A stretch of DNA of 64,000 nucleotides from Octopus bimaculoides (GCF_001194135.2 NC_068989.1:27640929-27704928); one strand, 5' to 3'; positions 14,096 through 26,365 are shown, counted from the stretch's first letter. Notes: generated by a model from the letters alone, not told the origin. Numbers and translations: made by a program.

Positions 14096-14380
14096 CATTT
14101 CTACTGAAGGCACAAGGCTCGAAAATTTTGAGGTGGGGACTAGTCAATTACATCGACCACAGTATTTCATTGGTACCTAATTTATCGACCCCGAAATACT
14201 GCTAAGAATTTCGTCCAGCGTGCTACCTTTTGTGCCATCTCGCCACCTTAATAATTTTAATCATTTCTACTAAAGACACAACGCCTGAAATTTTGAAGGA
14301 GGGGAATAGCCGATTACATCGACTCAAGTGTTTCACTGATACTTAATTTATCGACCCCGACTTGATGAGAGGCAAAGTCT
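14096..14380 (-). mobile_element. Two partial SINE family B copies in tandem (about 14096-14225 and 14265-14380)
   Basis: Both contain ttctactaaagacacaa...gaaattttg.ggagggga.tagtc.attacatcgacc...tactt.attt.atcgaccccga. Confidence 0.75.
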
Positions 14381-14401
14381 TTATAATAATATCCTGTCTT
14401 C

Positions 14402-14651
14402 ATGTTAACACTCGCCAGAAATTTTCCACAGTAGTTTCATTTTTATCACGTGCTTTCACTGCACTACCGAGCGCCTGTCTGTATGCCTTAGGTATGTGCT
14501 GTGTTTTGTTGTAGAAATAAGAGCACCACAAAAACCACGGCACATACCCAAGCCACACAGAGTTGCGCTCGGTAGCGCAGTGAAAGCACGGGATAAAACT
14601 TAAGACTACGGAATAGTAATAATGGGGAAAAGTTTTGGCGAGTGTTAACAT
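14402..14651. repeat. About 250-bp imperfect inverted repeat (foldback) of two Dong 3'-end/RT junction copies
   Basis: Exact terminal 16-mers atgttaacactcgcca (14402-14417) and tggcgagtgttaacat (14636-14651). The arms align over about 110 bp, including the Dong 3' UTR motif gtgctttcactgc.ctaccgagcgc. Confidence 0.85.
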
Positions 14652-15551
14652 CAAGGTAGGCCTATTTCAAGGAAATAAATTATAACAATTACTGTTTGTG
14701 ATTGTATGACATCACTCACACAGACACTACTGAAAGTGACATTGTGATACACTTTGAACTGTGGAGGAAAATTAAATCATCTGTTATATAAGGCTGACTT
14801 GAAGACGAAATAAATGGCTGAGTTTCAACAGTGCAGATATTCAGTAAGGATATCGGAATGGAATTTGGGATTCGAAGGTGTGGCATGCTTATAATACGAA
14901 AAAACAAAATAGGGTCGTCTGATGGCGTAGAACTACCCAATGGCAAGAAAATCAAGGATACTGAGACTAATGGATATAAATATCTGGATATTTTGGAATA
15001 TGACAAAATCAAGGAAAGTGGAATGAAGGAAAGATTTGGGCGAATATATCTCAGAAGAACCAAATTAATTTTGGGGAGTAGGCTCAATCAGGGTAGTGAA
15101 CAAATGGTCTGTTTCCTTAATAAGATATGGCACATGTGTTGTTAAGTAGACAAAGAACGCGCTTGAGGAAATGGACAGGAAAGCAGAAAATCGATGACAG
15201 TTGACAGGGAACTTCACCCCAAAAGCGATACTGACACGCTGTATGTGCCTTAGAACAGGGGGAGGAAGAGACTTCATAGTATCCAACATCTGTGTTGCCA
15301 ATGAAAAGAACAGTTTGGGATGGTACAACAAACAACAGAGTGAATTCTTGATTGCCCCCGATAGTATTAACAATAGAATCCCTACCGAAAATGTGATGAA
15401 CCCACAAATATTTCAGAAACAAGATGAAGAATAAACAGTAAGCGAAAGAAAAATGAAAGCACTACATAGGCAATATCTAAGAGAAATCGAAGGAAAAGAC
15501 AAGATCAACACGTGGAGATGGCTAATAAAAACGAATGTGAAAGGATGCACA
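14620..15551 (+). mobile_element. Dong/R4 LINE reverse-transcriptase fragment, interrupted at about 15551 by a PLE
   Basis: LASVNIKVGLFQG; KLNHLLY; VQIFSKDIGMEFGIRRCGML...YKYLDILE...YLRRTKLIL; LHPKSDTDTLY...GGGR; MKALHRQYLREI...TWRWL. Confidence 0.85.
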
Positions 15552-16620
15552 AAATATAGTCGAGGAAATCCTGTGTAGAATGACATCATCAGTTTTCAAT
15601 TTTGTAACAGGGTAAAGGACAAAAGAAAGAAAAGAGAAAAACGGAAATAATAATACTTAATGGAACAGTTTTGTGTAAATATCATGAAATTCACCTGTCA
15701 CTTTATTCATTCCTCCAGGGCGTGGTGCTAGTAATTCACAAATATATTTGTCTTTATGCATTTTGAGGACTGAAAATATGGTAGATCCAGAATAGTTTCC
15801 GAGAATGTGCACATTCAGGTGCTCAAAAGTGCAGCCGTTTGATATAAAATATTTGGCATGTTCTGTTGAATTACTGGTATCGTGTCTGACGCATACCTGT
15901 ACCCATTGAATCTTTTGTTTAATTGTTCTGCTATGCAACGAGCATACAGTTGTGTTTGCTGCACTCTGCTGCGTACACCAAATGGGAAGGATTCATAATG
16001 GAATTTAATCGACTCATGTTGCACAATGAACAAGGCTTACCTCTCTTACGGCTGATTTTCAAGGTGTAGCGTGCAGAAACCGCATTGGTAGTTTTCTTGG
16101 AGTTAGAGGTAGCGGTTAATATTTCTCTTATATTTTTATTCCGTCTGAAGGCTACAATAAGCGGCTGAAGGAATATTTGTTTGAAACGAAGAAATTTTGC
16201 CGCAATATGCTGGCAACTTTCATGTAACATCTTTGAAATGCCACCAAAATTTCGATGTCAGTTAATTACTAATGGAATTCTTCCAGAAATTTTACTTAGG
16301 TTGCTAAAATTATGCGTGGAAGTTTGACTTTCCTTGCTAATTTTAGCTGTCATTTGCGATTTTCTTTAATCTTGATTCACTGCATAATGTTGTACAAAAG
16401 CATTTGCGTGATTCCAGTAATCTCCTATGTCGGTACAAATCCGTTTTATCCTCAAAAGTTGGGCTTTCGGATTTGACTGAATTAAACGATGTGGGCGATA
16501 TGGGCTTGCAAAGTAACGTTCACTATTATTCCTCCAGAAAACTTAATTCTGTGTCCAAAAACTCAAGGATACTTTTTGAAAAGCCAGACGTAAATTTTAT
16601 ATTGGACTTAAGGCCATAGA
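15552..16620 (-). mobile_element. PLE 3' portion: RT C-terminus, GIY-YIG endonuclease and short 3' UTR, degraded
   Basis: KFTSGFSKSILEFLDT; AQLLRIKRICTD; RIPLVI; FLQPLIVAFRRNKNIREIL; KPCSLC; LVYAAECSKH; LNKRFNGYR; KDKYICELLAPRPGGMNK; stop at 15657. Confidence 0.88.
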
Positions 16621-16814
16621 TTTTAGAGTAATAGTCACTGAAATGCACGAAGTTGATGAAACTGTCTTGCGAACCTGAAATAGAGGATTACTAGAAACAT
16701 GCAAACGCGGTTGCAGTGACATATCGTTCAAACCGTTAAATAATATATTACAAAATGGATCGCGCTCTTCTTGTCTAATAATAATAATTTATTCTTTTAT
16801 TAGCCACAAAGTTC

Positions 16815-16880
<66 letters not shown>

Positions 16881-16881
<1 letters not shown>

Positions 16882-17025
16882 CCTTTCTACTGTAGACACA
16901 AGGCTTGAAATTTTGGAGGAGGGGGTCGAGTCGATTACATCGACCCCAATGCTCCACTGGTACTCAATTTTTCGACCCCGAAGGATTGAAAGGCAAAGTC
17001 GTCCACGGCTGAATTTGAAACCTGA
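16881..17025 (-). mobile_element. SINE family B next to an (AAT)n tract (16816-16880)
   Basis: tcctttctactgtagacacaagg...tcgattacatcgacccc...tcgaccccgaaggattgaaaggcaaagtcg...aatttgaaac. Confidence 0.8.
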
Positions 17026-17039
17026 AAAGTGAAGATGGT

Positions 17040-17520
17040 GCGGCGATCCTCACTATAAACCTGGCAGATAGCTGAATTCGTCTCACATGCGACAGCAGTT
17101 GATCCACACAGGCTCACAACTCTCTAATGCACGACACTGAATTATTGCATGCAGAACGGTTTCGTCCCCTCGCATGCATCTCAAGCAGGTTCGGCTGTTA
17201 GCTTGTATCGAACAAGTAATTACCGCCTGTATCAATGCCATTCCAAAGATCTTTGGAAATTTTCCATGATCTTCGACCCGAAGCTCCTCCGGAAGAGACT
17301 ATTTAGACTGTCCTCGTCGATGCCCAGAGTCAATCCTAGGCCATCATCGCTCATACTCTCAACTTCTGCAGAAATCTTAGGTTGTTTTCTTTGCAAAAGT
17401 CAAAGGGAACGGTGCCTTCTACGCTGCGTTGAATACTATGCCTCGGGTCAATTAAGCACGGAGAAGCAGATAATTTTTTTTCCTACAACTACTCTTCTAT
17501 TTAGACAAGTGCTGGCCATG
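17040..17520 (-). mobile_element. Tx1/L1-clade LINE fragment (C-terminal zf-RVT region)
   Basis: Direct nucleotide similarity to 39490-39850, for example cacatgcgacagcagttg and gcatgcagaacggtttcgtc. Confidence 0.7.
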
Positions 17521-17752
17521 TTGTGAAAAAAAGATAGATTAAAAACTAAATCCGTGAAAGATTTCGGAACGGGATCTCCGCCCGTTCTCTGATTGAAACA
17601 TGGATGAAGCACTTTTAGAAGACACATGAATACATCTGCCAAACAATAGTTACAATGTCAGCGGCCGAAAACGGCAAAAAAAATTTTTTAATTCGAGAAA
17701 ACTCACCAGCGATGATTCGGACGTGGTTTTCTCGTGTGATGACAATAATAAC

Positions 17753-17829
<77 letters not shown>

Positions 17830-19150
17830 ATAAATGGCAGACAGTGCTACAGCTCCAAACAAAAGGAGGGACTGGTGAAAACGAAAGCCATCCCCATTAG
17901 AAGAAGAATATTCCAGGGAAACAGGCTCTCTCCACTCCTGTTCTGTCTGGCACTCAGACCTTTAACTGAACTGCTAAATAAAACTGGATGCGATACAAAT
18001 GTTACGGCAAAACAGTCAGCCACCTTTTATATATGGATGGCCTAAAATTATACGCTAGAAATGATAAAGAGCTGGAAACACTACTACAGACAGTACATGT
18101 ATTTACCAAGGAAATAGATATGAAATTCAGATTAGAAAAATATGCCAAAGCAACCCTGAAAAGAGGAAAACTAGTTAAGACTAGCAACATCACACTAGAT
18201 AAAGCCAATGAAATAAGAGAATTAGACGAAAGCCAGCCATACAAATATTTAGGAATCAATGAACTAGATAGGATACAACACACACAAATGAAAGAAAAAA
18301 TAAAGAAAGAGTACTANNNNNNNNNNNNNNNNNNNNNNNNNNNNNNNNNNNNNNNNNNNNNNNNNNNNNNNNNNNNNNNNNNNNNNNNNNNNNNNNNNNN
18401 NNNNNNNNNNNNNNNNNNNNNNNNNNNNNNNNNNNNNNNNNNNNNNNNNNNNNNNNNNNNNNNNNNNNNNNNNNNNNNNNNNNNNNNNNNNNNNNNNNNN
18501 NNNNNNNNNNNNNNNNNNNNNNNNNNNNNNNNNNNNNNNNNNNNNNNNNNNNNNNNNNNNNNNNNNNNNNNNNNNNNNNNNNNNNNNNNNNNNNNNNNNN
18601 NNNNNNNNNNNNNNNNNNNNNNNNNNNNNNNNNNNNNNNNNNNNNNNNNNNNNNNNNNNNNNNNNNNNNNNNNNNNNNNNNNNNNNNNNNNNNNNNNNNN
18701 NNNNNNNNNNNNNNNNNNNNNNNNNNNNNNNNNNNNNNNNNNNNNNNNNNNNNNNNNNNNNNNNNNNNNNNNNNNNNNNNNNNNNNNNNNNNNNNNNNNN
18801 NNNNNNNNNNNNNNNNNNNNNNNNNNNNNNNNNNNNNNNNNNNNNNNNNNNNNNNNNNNNNNNNNNNNNNNNNNNNNNNNNNNNNNNNNNNNNNNNNNNN
18901 NNNNNNNNNNNNNNNNNNNNNNNNNNNNNNNNNNNNNNNNNNNNNAGCCTCCCCACCAGAAATTACCAAAAACATATAATGAAAAGAAATATAACAAGTA
19001 ACTGCAGAATATGTGGTGATGGACAAGAAACAATAAATCATATCATCTCTGGCTGCCCAGTCCTGGCTAAGAAGGAATATATTCACAGACGCGACAAAGC
19101 TGGGACCTATATAGTGAAGTGAAAGCACGTTATAAAAATAAAACTACTGA
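17830..19150 (+). mobile_element. Dong/R4 LINE spanning a gap, flanked by (AAT)n on both sides, with an internal deletion of the RLE
   Basis: KTVSHLLYMDGLKLYARNDKELETLL...YKYLGINE before the gap. After it, frameshifted CRICGDGQETINHIISGCPVLAKKEYIHR joins directly to the 3' tip agtgaagtgaaagcacgttataaaaataaaactactgaataataat. Confidence 0.85.
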
Positions 19151-19166
19151 ATAATAATGATGATGA

Positions 19167-19280
<114 letters not shown>

Positions 19281-19299
19281 CAATAATAACAAGTTCCCG

Positions 19300-19850
19300 A
19301 GGCAGTGGCTTTCATGTCTTCTCATCTTAACTGATTGAAAATGTTATCATGTATATTGTTTTTTCTTGGTATAAAAAGATGCGCTACAGCAAATATTCTG
19401 CTCAATACCACAGATTTCCTTGTCAGTTGTTTGACCTTAACCGGTTGATCATGTCTGTTAGTGGCTGACGATTTGTGCATGTCTGATCATGGGCAGAAGT
19501 AGTGGGGGAGCATCATAACCATGTGTTGAGAGGAATTCTTTAGGGTTTGGATAATTCACCTTTGAAAACATAGTCGTTTCGCTCAACATCCTTAAACAAT
19601 CCTTATTCAGGGATCTTGGGGACGGTATGGGCTACTCGACCTGAAGAAAATTCTATCTGGGCCCCACCTGCAAGGTCATGTGCTGTTTACCTTGATATGA
19701 AATCACCATGTCGCGCACATATGATTGTGATGCATGTGCCTAGTAGTCCCTTATCAGACTAGTAGTCAAGATGGGCATATTGAGCTTCATACATTTTACC
19801 GCCTTGTCACTTTGATGGCATGCACTGCTCTCTCACTCAATAATGATAAT
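19300..19850 (+). repeat. About 550-bp interspersed repeat family D with AAT tail (probable LINE 3' UTR or non-autonomous element)
   Basis: Aligns end to end with 38360-38900. The 3' tip (gatggcatgcactgctctctcactcaataat) also occurs at 37525-37590. Confidence 0.85.
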
Positions 19851-21517
19851 TGCTCCCTCCCCCCACTCAAATCCTGCTGCTGATGCTGCTGACTAAAAAT
19901 TACAAAAGATCGACAATGGCCTGAATTGAGTCTAACAGACATGTATATGCCACCATTCTTCAGCATCACACCAGCTCATTAAATAGAACAAATTCTATTG
20001 GTTATTGATTTCCTATCATCTTTATCAGCCCAGTCACAACTGACATTTCTACAGCATGCCCGCTTTCAAGACTTTCATTTTACATTTGATAATATATCTG
20101 GGTTGTTTTGTTTATTGAAGCTCATATGACTGGTTGAGTGCCAAATATGACAGAAAAAGGCAATCTGTTTACGAACATCTCTTACATTTCTGGCTACGAC
20201 TTCGACGGGGAAAATTATACGTAGTAATACTGAATTATATGAATGAAAACAATTCGAATAACAATTCCCATGTGTTTTGCATACTTATTACAAGCATTAA
20301 TGTAAAGAAATCCGGAATAATAGATATTAAACGCCAGCTTGAATTCACGTAGCTACCTTCTACTGATGCTCTTCGACGACTTTAAGTATGCATATTAAAA
20401 TCAGGCAAATATATACCGTCACATACTTTAATTCTATTGTGCTCGCTCGATTTTTCAAAAAATTCTATATCTTTGTATATCATTCTAGATATATGTAAGA
20501 GCGTAGAATGACACGAATTAAAAGTAATGTTTCATAGATCGCATTGATAAAGCTAACTCTTGTATTTTCCCAAAAATCTGTATGACAAGCATATACCGTT
20601 TGTCAAAAGCGTATCCAGTGACAGTTTGCGACCTCGTAGGACAGATATTAAAGCTTGTGATGGAATTTCATTTAACTAATTATAACGTAGGCTACATTAA
20701 TATACGTTCAAAGCAATAGCAAGTATACAATTTAATGTTTTCTGAGCATACATAAGATATGATTTCAATTTTGACTAGTCTAGAGGTGAGTTCCACTTTC
20801 TTAACTCGATATCTTCACTCTGTCAATCAGCTGTCTATATTTGCTACACAATATTCAGGTAAATGAGTATCTTAATGTATTCAAGTTCTAAGAAAAATTA
20901 TCTATTCATCTTACTTTCCTCGATTAATAAAAGTTTTTCACCCTTCATATGTGATATATAACAACAAACTCAAGAAGAAATTTCATCATTTTCGTGCTTT
21001 GTGTCTATTACATATTTACTACTGTGCAATACTTATATATATATATATATACATATATGTTTTTGATTTGACCTATCTCCCCTTTCTAACAATACACATC
21101 TTTACTCCCTCCATCTATCAAAAAATGCTACCTATACATTATCATATATTCATGCACAACACAAAACCCTTTCGAAAGAGCAACACTGATTCCACGACTC
21201 AAAGCTTTGAATTTACTAAATATTAAACTACTATTTGAACTTACACACTATGTGCAGGAATCGTTTTTTACAAATTCAATAAAACATTTTCCTCGAATAA
21301 TGGAACTGCAACTACAAAATCTTTATATATGTTATTTCTACTTTCGTTATCTTATTTTCCTCTATATTACCGAAATCTTCCACAATGATATGAGTTCAAA
21401 CATTTTCTCAAACCGTCTCTGGTAAAGGGATAATATAACAGAAACAGCTGTAAGACTACTTCATCATAAATGTCCTAAAAACTCCTCACAGCCTTCGAAT
21501 TGTTATATTATTCTGTC

Positions 21518-21600
<83 letters not shown>

Positions 21601-21925
21601 GTGTGTTTGTGTGTGTAAATATATGTATATATATGTATGTATACATACGTGTTCATATATGTATATATATATATATANNNNNNNNNNNNNNNNNNNNNNN
21701 NNNNNNNNNNNNNNNNNNNNNNNNNNNNNNNNNNNNNNNNNNNNNNNNNNNNNNNNNNNNNNNNNNNNNNNNNNNNNNNNNNNNNNNNNNNNNNNNNNNN
21801 NNNNNNNNNNNNNNNNNNNNNNNNNNNNNNNNNNNNNNNNNNNNNNNNNNNNNNNNNNNNNNNNNNNNNNNNNNNNNNNNNNNNNNNNNNNNNNNNNNNN
21901 NNNNNNNNTATATATGAACATATAT

Positions 21926-21975
<50 letters not shown>

Positions 21976-21979
<4 letters not shown>

Positions 21980-22360
21980 TGTGCTGTCAACTCACAAATA
22001 CAGTACAATCTATGTTCACAGGCAGTGAAAGACTTGGGGATCAGTATGAGCAATGACGCATCATGTTCTATGCACTTAAGAAAAATGGCAGTAAAGTGCA
22101 GACAACTAGCAGGATGGATATTGAGGTCCTTCAAAACAAGAGACCAAGAAACTATGTTGACCCTCTGAAGAACCGTTGTTCTCGGCCAGCTACCTGGACT
22201 AATGTTACCAGTTATGGCCACCACATAGTTCCAAACTAACAGTGGTGTTTGGAGCAGTCCAACGCCACTAACACTAAAAAGATTGAAACAGAGCAGCGGA
22301 TGAGCTACAGGTATAGGCTAAGAAACATACAGCGTGGTGAAACACATAGCCAAGCCCTCA
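21976..22360 (+). mobile_element. CR1-like LINE RT C-terminal fragment
   Basis: VKDLGISMSND...KCRQLAGWILRSFKTRDQETMLTL...QLWPPH...VQRH.TKKIE...MSYRYRL. Homologous to 27300-28110. Confidence 0.8.
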
Positions 22361-22397
22361 TTATAATTATGTATATAATGATAAAATATATGTATAT

Positions 22398-22430
<33 letters not shown>

Positions 22431-23539
22431 NNNNNNNNNNNNNNNNNNNNNNNNNNNNNNNNNNNNNNNNNNNNNNNNNNNNNNNNNNNNNNNNNNNNNN
22501 NNNNNNNNNNNNNNNNNNNNNNNNNNNNNNNNNNNNNNNNNNNNNNNNNNNNNNNNNNNNNNNNNNNNNNNNNNNNNNNNNNNNNNNNNNNNNNNNNNNN
22601 NNNNNNNNNNNNNNNNNNNNNNNNNNNNNNNNNNNNNNNNNNNNNNNNNNNNNNNNNNNNNNNNNNNNNNNNNNNNNNNNNNNNNNNNNNNNNNNNNNNN
22701 NNNNNNNNNNNNNNNNNNNNNNNNNNNNNNNNNNNNNNNNNNNNNNNNNNNNNNNNNNNNNNNNNNNNNNNNNNNNNNNNNNNNNNNNNNNNNNNNNNNN
22801 NNNNNNNNNNNNNNNNNNNNNNNNNNNNNNNNNNNNNNNNNNNNNNNNNNNNNNNNNNNNNNNNNNNNNNNNNNNNNNNNNNNNNNNNNNNNNNNNNNNN
22901 NNNNNNNNNNNNNNNNNNNNNNNNNNNNNNNNNNNNNNNNNNNNNNNNNNNNNNNNNNNNNNNNNNNNNNNNNNNNNNNNNNNNNNNNNNNNNNNNNNNN
23001 NNNNNNNNNNNNNNNNNNNNNNNNNNNNNNNNNNNNNNNNNNNNNNNNNNNNNNNNNNNNNNNNNNNNNNNNNNNNNNNNNNNNNNNNNNNNNNNNNNNN
23101 NNNNNNNNNNNNNNNNNNNNNNNNNNNNNNNNNNNNNNNNNNNNNNNNNNNNNNNNNNNNNNNNNNNNNNNNNNNNNNNNNNNNNNNNNNNNNNNNNNNN
23201 NNNNNNNNNNNNNNNNNNNNNNNNNNNNNNNNNNNNNNNNNNNNNNNNNNNNNNNNNNNNNNNNNNNNNNNNNNNNNNNNNNNNNNNNNNNNNNNNNNNN
23301 NNNNNNNNNNNNNNNNNNNNNNNNNNGTATTTATATATATAGTTATATATATATATGTGTGTCTATATATATATTTATATATATATATATGTAGTTAATG
23401 AAATATATCCTTTGAGAATAATATAAGAAATGACTAAAACTTTAAAGGTATTTAGAGATTCAAATAGAGCGATTATATATTAGAAAGGAAATGCAGGAAA
23501 ATGACATCAGAAAAATCACATTAAGTTATAACTATGACA

Positions 23540-24458
23540 ATGTAAAAAGGTTTGAGACATCTTACGATCGTTTCGTGAATGTATTTGAAATGAAATCCAA
23601 ATTTATAATCATTATTTTGTACTACATCCACTCATCAGAGAAAAGGATCAATTTTCGTTCAGTCAATCGAATGATAGAAATGTATAAAAAAGGTGTTATT
23701 TAAAACGTCAATTGTATACATGTATAAACCTCGGTTTAACATTTTGAAAAAGTAATATAAATCCAAGGTAAAATCCGTAATGGCTGTATACAGATAGAAG
23801 TCCCATAATTCCTTTTCTCTTCAGTATGTGATCCGTAAGTGTAAAGAATTAAAGTGGTTAAATGTTGCTTTGATATATACAAAACTGGAAGATATCATTA
23901 TTATATTATATGCAAATGTGAAAATATCCGTGTACTGACCCAATATAGAGTAAATTAATGTGTTGTATTTCAAGTACTATATTTAAAATCAGTTTGTCAT
24001 GTATTAGAGGAGTGCAGGTTCAAAATTCAAGAAGACAGATGTCAGGCACTCATGTAATGGATATTATGTGAACATGTGTATAATCTAAAATAGTTCAAAT
24101 TTTAAGTTTCTATTTTCTTTCTTACAACAATCCTTCTATTTTATTATGATACCCCAATATGAAATACAAGGTATTAATGTGAATTTTATCTTGATGATCT
24201 CTTATAGTATTTAAAAGTTTTATAAAACCTATGTCTACATGTGGATTCTTCTTCCGATTGGCAATTAATTGAATTATGTTTATATAATATGTATAGCGAT
24301 TCTTTTATACTTAGAGGGCAGTTAGATTTATGGGTATACGGTGTACTGAGTCAATAATTGACCAGCATAGTCTTGTTAAAGTTTTTTTTTGTATGAGTTT
24401 ACGTAGATGTGTAGCCAATGATGTAGTGTTATTCATAATATTCGGTTTAAATGAATAT
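23540..24458 (-). mobile_element. PLE 3' end: GIY-YIG C-terminal remnant (24186-24458), about 545-nt 3' region, then the hammerhead
   Basis: Frameshifted SFKPNIMNNTTSLATHLRKL...WSIIDSVH / PYTHKSNCPLSIKESLYILYKHNSINCQSEEESTCRHRF resembles PLE endonuclease C-termini of the TELSKYIW...WSI...C.LC..EK...LN.RSE..S.CRH type. Confidence 0.7.
23560..23641 (-). ncRNA. Minimal type I hammerhead ribozyme (PLE-associated)
   Basis: Minus strand reads tct-CTGATGA-gtggatgta-[39 nt]-tacattcac-GAAAC-gatc-GTA-aga. It has an intact core, a 9-bp helix II, a palindromic helix III (ACGATCGT), a GUA cleavage triplet and a 3-bp helix I. Confidence 0.85.
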
Positions 24459-24535
24459 ATAGTTTCTTGGTCTCTTGTCTTCAACGCCTTCAGTATCCAG
24501 TTGTCTGCACTTTGCTGTCATCTTGGTAATGTGTA
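24459..24535 (-). mobile_element. Short CR1-like fragment (same family as 21976-22360)
   Basis: Reverse complement cattaccaagatgacagcaaagtgcagacaactg...aagacaagagaccaagaaactat. Confidence 0.75.
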
Positions 24536-24545
24536 TATAATGTAA

Positions 24546-24576
<31 letters not shown>

Positions 24577-24654
24577 GAAGTAGTTACTGTTAACACCTCG
24601 TATATATGTATGTATGTATGTATGTACGTATGAATGCATATCATCTTTTATATG

Positions 24655-25030
24655 TTACAGTCACTTGACTGTGGCCATGCTGGGGCAACGGTTTTAAGGG
24701 TTTTAGTCAGACAAATCACCCTCAGTACATATTTTTGAAGTCTGGTGCTTATTCTCTCGGTTCTTGCTGCCGAATCGCTAGTTAGAGAGACGTCAACACA
24801 CTAATACCTGTTGTCAAGCGATGGTGAGAGACAAACAACAACGCTAAGACACACACTCATAGATATATACATATACACAAGGGGCTACTTTCAGTTTCCG
24901 TTTACCAAATCCACTCACAAGACATTAGTCAGTCCGAAGCTATAGAAGAAGACACCTACCCATCGTGCGACGCAGCGAGACTATAAAAGAAGAATGCGGT
25001 TGGAAAGCACGCTTCGTATCACACAATCAT
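24655..25030 (-). mobile_element. SINE family A, near full length
   Basis: Contains ttcagtttccgtttaccaaatccactcacaag, the reverse complement of the family core, plus tail motifs. Confidence 0.8.
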
Positions 25031-25149
25031 GTAGTATGTATTTATAAATGTATACATGTAACTGCAGGAATATATATTACATATATGCATAGAAGTGCGT
25101 ATGTATAAGCGCGGGCCTGTGTGTGTTTGTGTGCTTTCTGTGGTGAGGA

Positions 25150-25231
<82 letters not shown>

Positions 25232-25269
25232 ATGTGTATGTGTGTGTGTTTATGTGTGTGTGTGTTTAT

Positions 25270-25319
<50 letters not shown>

Positions 25320-25987
25320 TAAAGTAAGCTCCCTCATCTGTTGGCACTTGCATTATTTGGCAGAAAGTGTGGTATTAATGTTTTATAAACAAACATAAGA
25401 AACAGAACATGATCCTCATGCTTTGATAAATAGTTCGTGACCCTTTTCTTCTAGAAGTCAATAATATTTCTGTTTGGAATTTTCACCACATCTAGAAACT
25501 ACATAACATGTCAATGCCAAAAATATTATCTTGAAATGTGATATTTAATATAAAACTCTGCATAACGTAATTGTTCATGAAATGAATTACGAGGAAATGT
25601 ACCAATATCCCTTTCCCTATTTCAATTTAGAAGCTGTGATTTCCAGAAAAAATTTGTAACTTTGCGTATATGTATAAAGTAGATATACGCGTGTATGTAT
25701 GTGTGTATGTATGTATATACGTATGTATGTATGGATCTATCTATCTATATACAAATGTGTGTGTGTGTGTTTATGCGTGTGCGTCTACGTGTGTATAATA
25801 CATACACATATATATGTATGTGTATATAAATATATATTTGTGTGTGTATTGTGTGTGTGATATGTGTGTATTGTGTGTGTGTTGTGTGTTTGAGTGAGTG
25901 TGAGTGTGTGTGTGTATGTGATAGAGAGAGATAAAGTACGCTCCCTCATCTGTTGGCACTCGCATCATCTGCTAGAAAATTTGCTAT

Positions 25988-26365
25988 GAGGCGCAGACGT
26001 CGTTGTGTAGTAAGACGCTTGCCTCCAAACAACATGTTTCCGGACTTAGTCCACTACCTGGCACCTTGGTCAAATGTCTTCTGCTATAGCCTCCGGCCCG
26101 CAAAAGCCTTGTGAGTGGATTTGGTAGACGGAAACGGAAAGAAGCCCGTTGTATATATGTATTTATATGCATATGTTTGTTCTCCCACTGTCGCTTGACA
26201 ACCGATATTGGTGTGCTTACGTCCACGTAACTTAGCGGTCTGGCAATAAGCGACTGATAGAATAAGTACTAGGCTCACAAAGAATAAGTCTTGGGGTCGA
26301 TCTTTTCGACTAAAGGTGGTGCTCCAACATGGCCGCAGTCAAATGTCTGAAACAAGTAAAAGAAT
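25988..26365 (+). mobile_element. SINE family A, full length
   Basis: Degenerate A/B-box head, core gtgagtggatttggtagacggaaac, internal (TA/TG) tract, tail ctgaaacaagtaaaagaata. Confidence 0.85.

Noticed and set aside
11130-14205. Long ORFs with poly-I/L/S/Q/K/C/X runs (also near 17650, 19107, 25042, 30808, 35061, 37379, 37926, 57069 and all gap-spanning ORFs)
   Set aside because: They are translations of microsatellites and N-runs with no coding signal.
23650-24180. Possible SECIS element in the PLE 3' region
   Set aside because: ATGA...AA...TGA spacings exist, for example near 23965-24005, but the stems do not pair as required.
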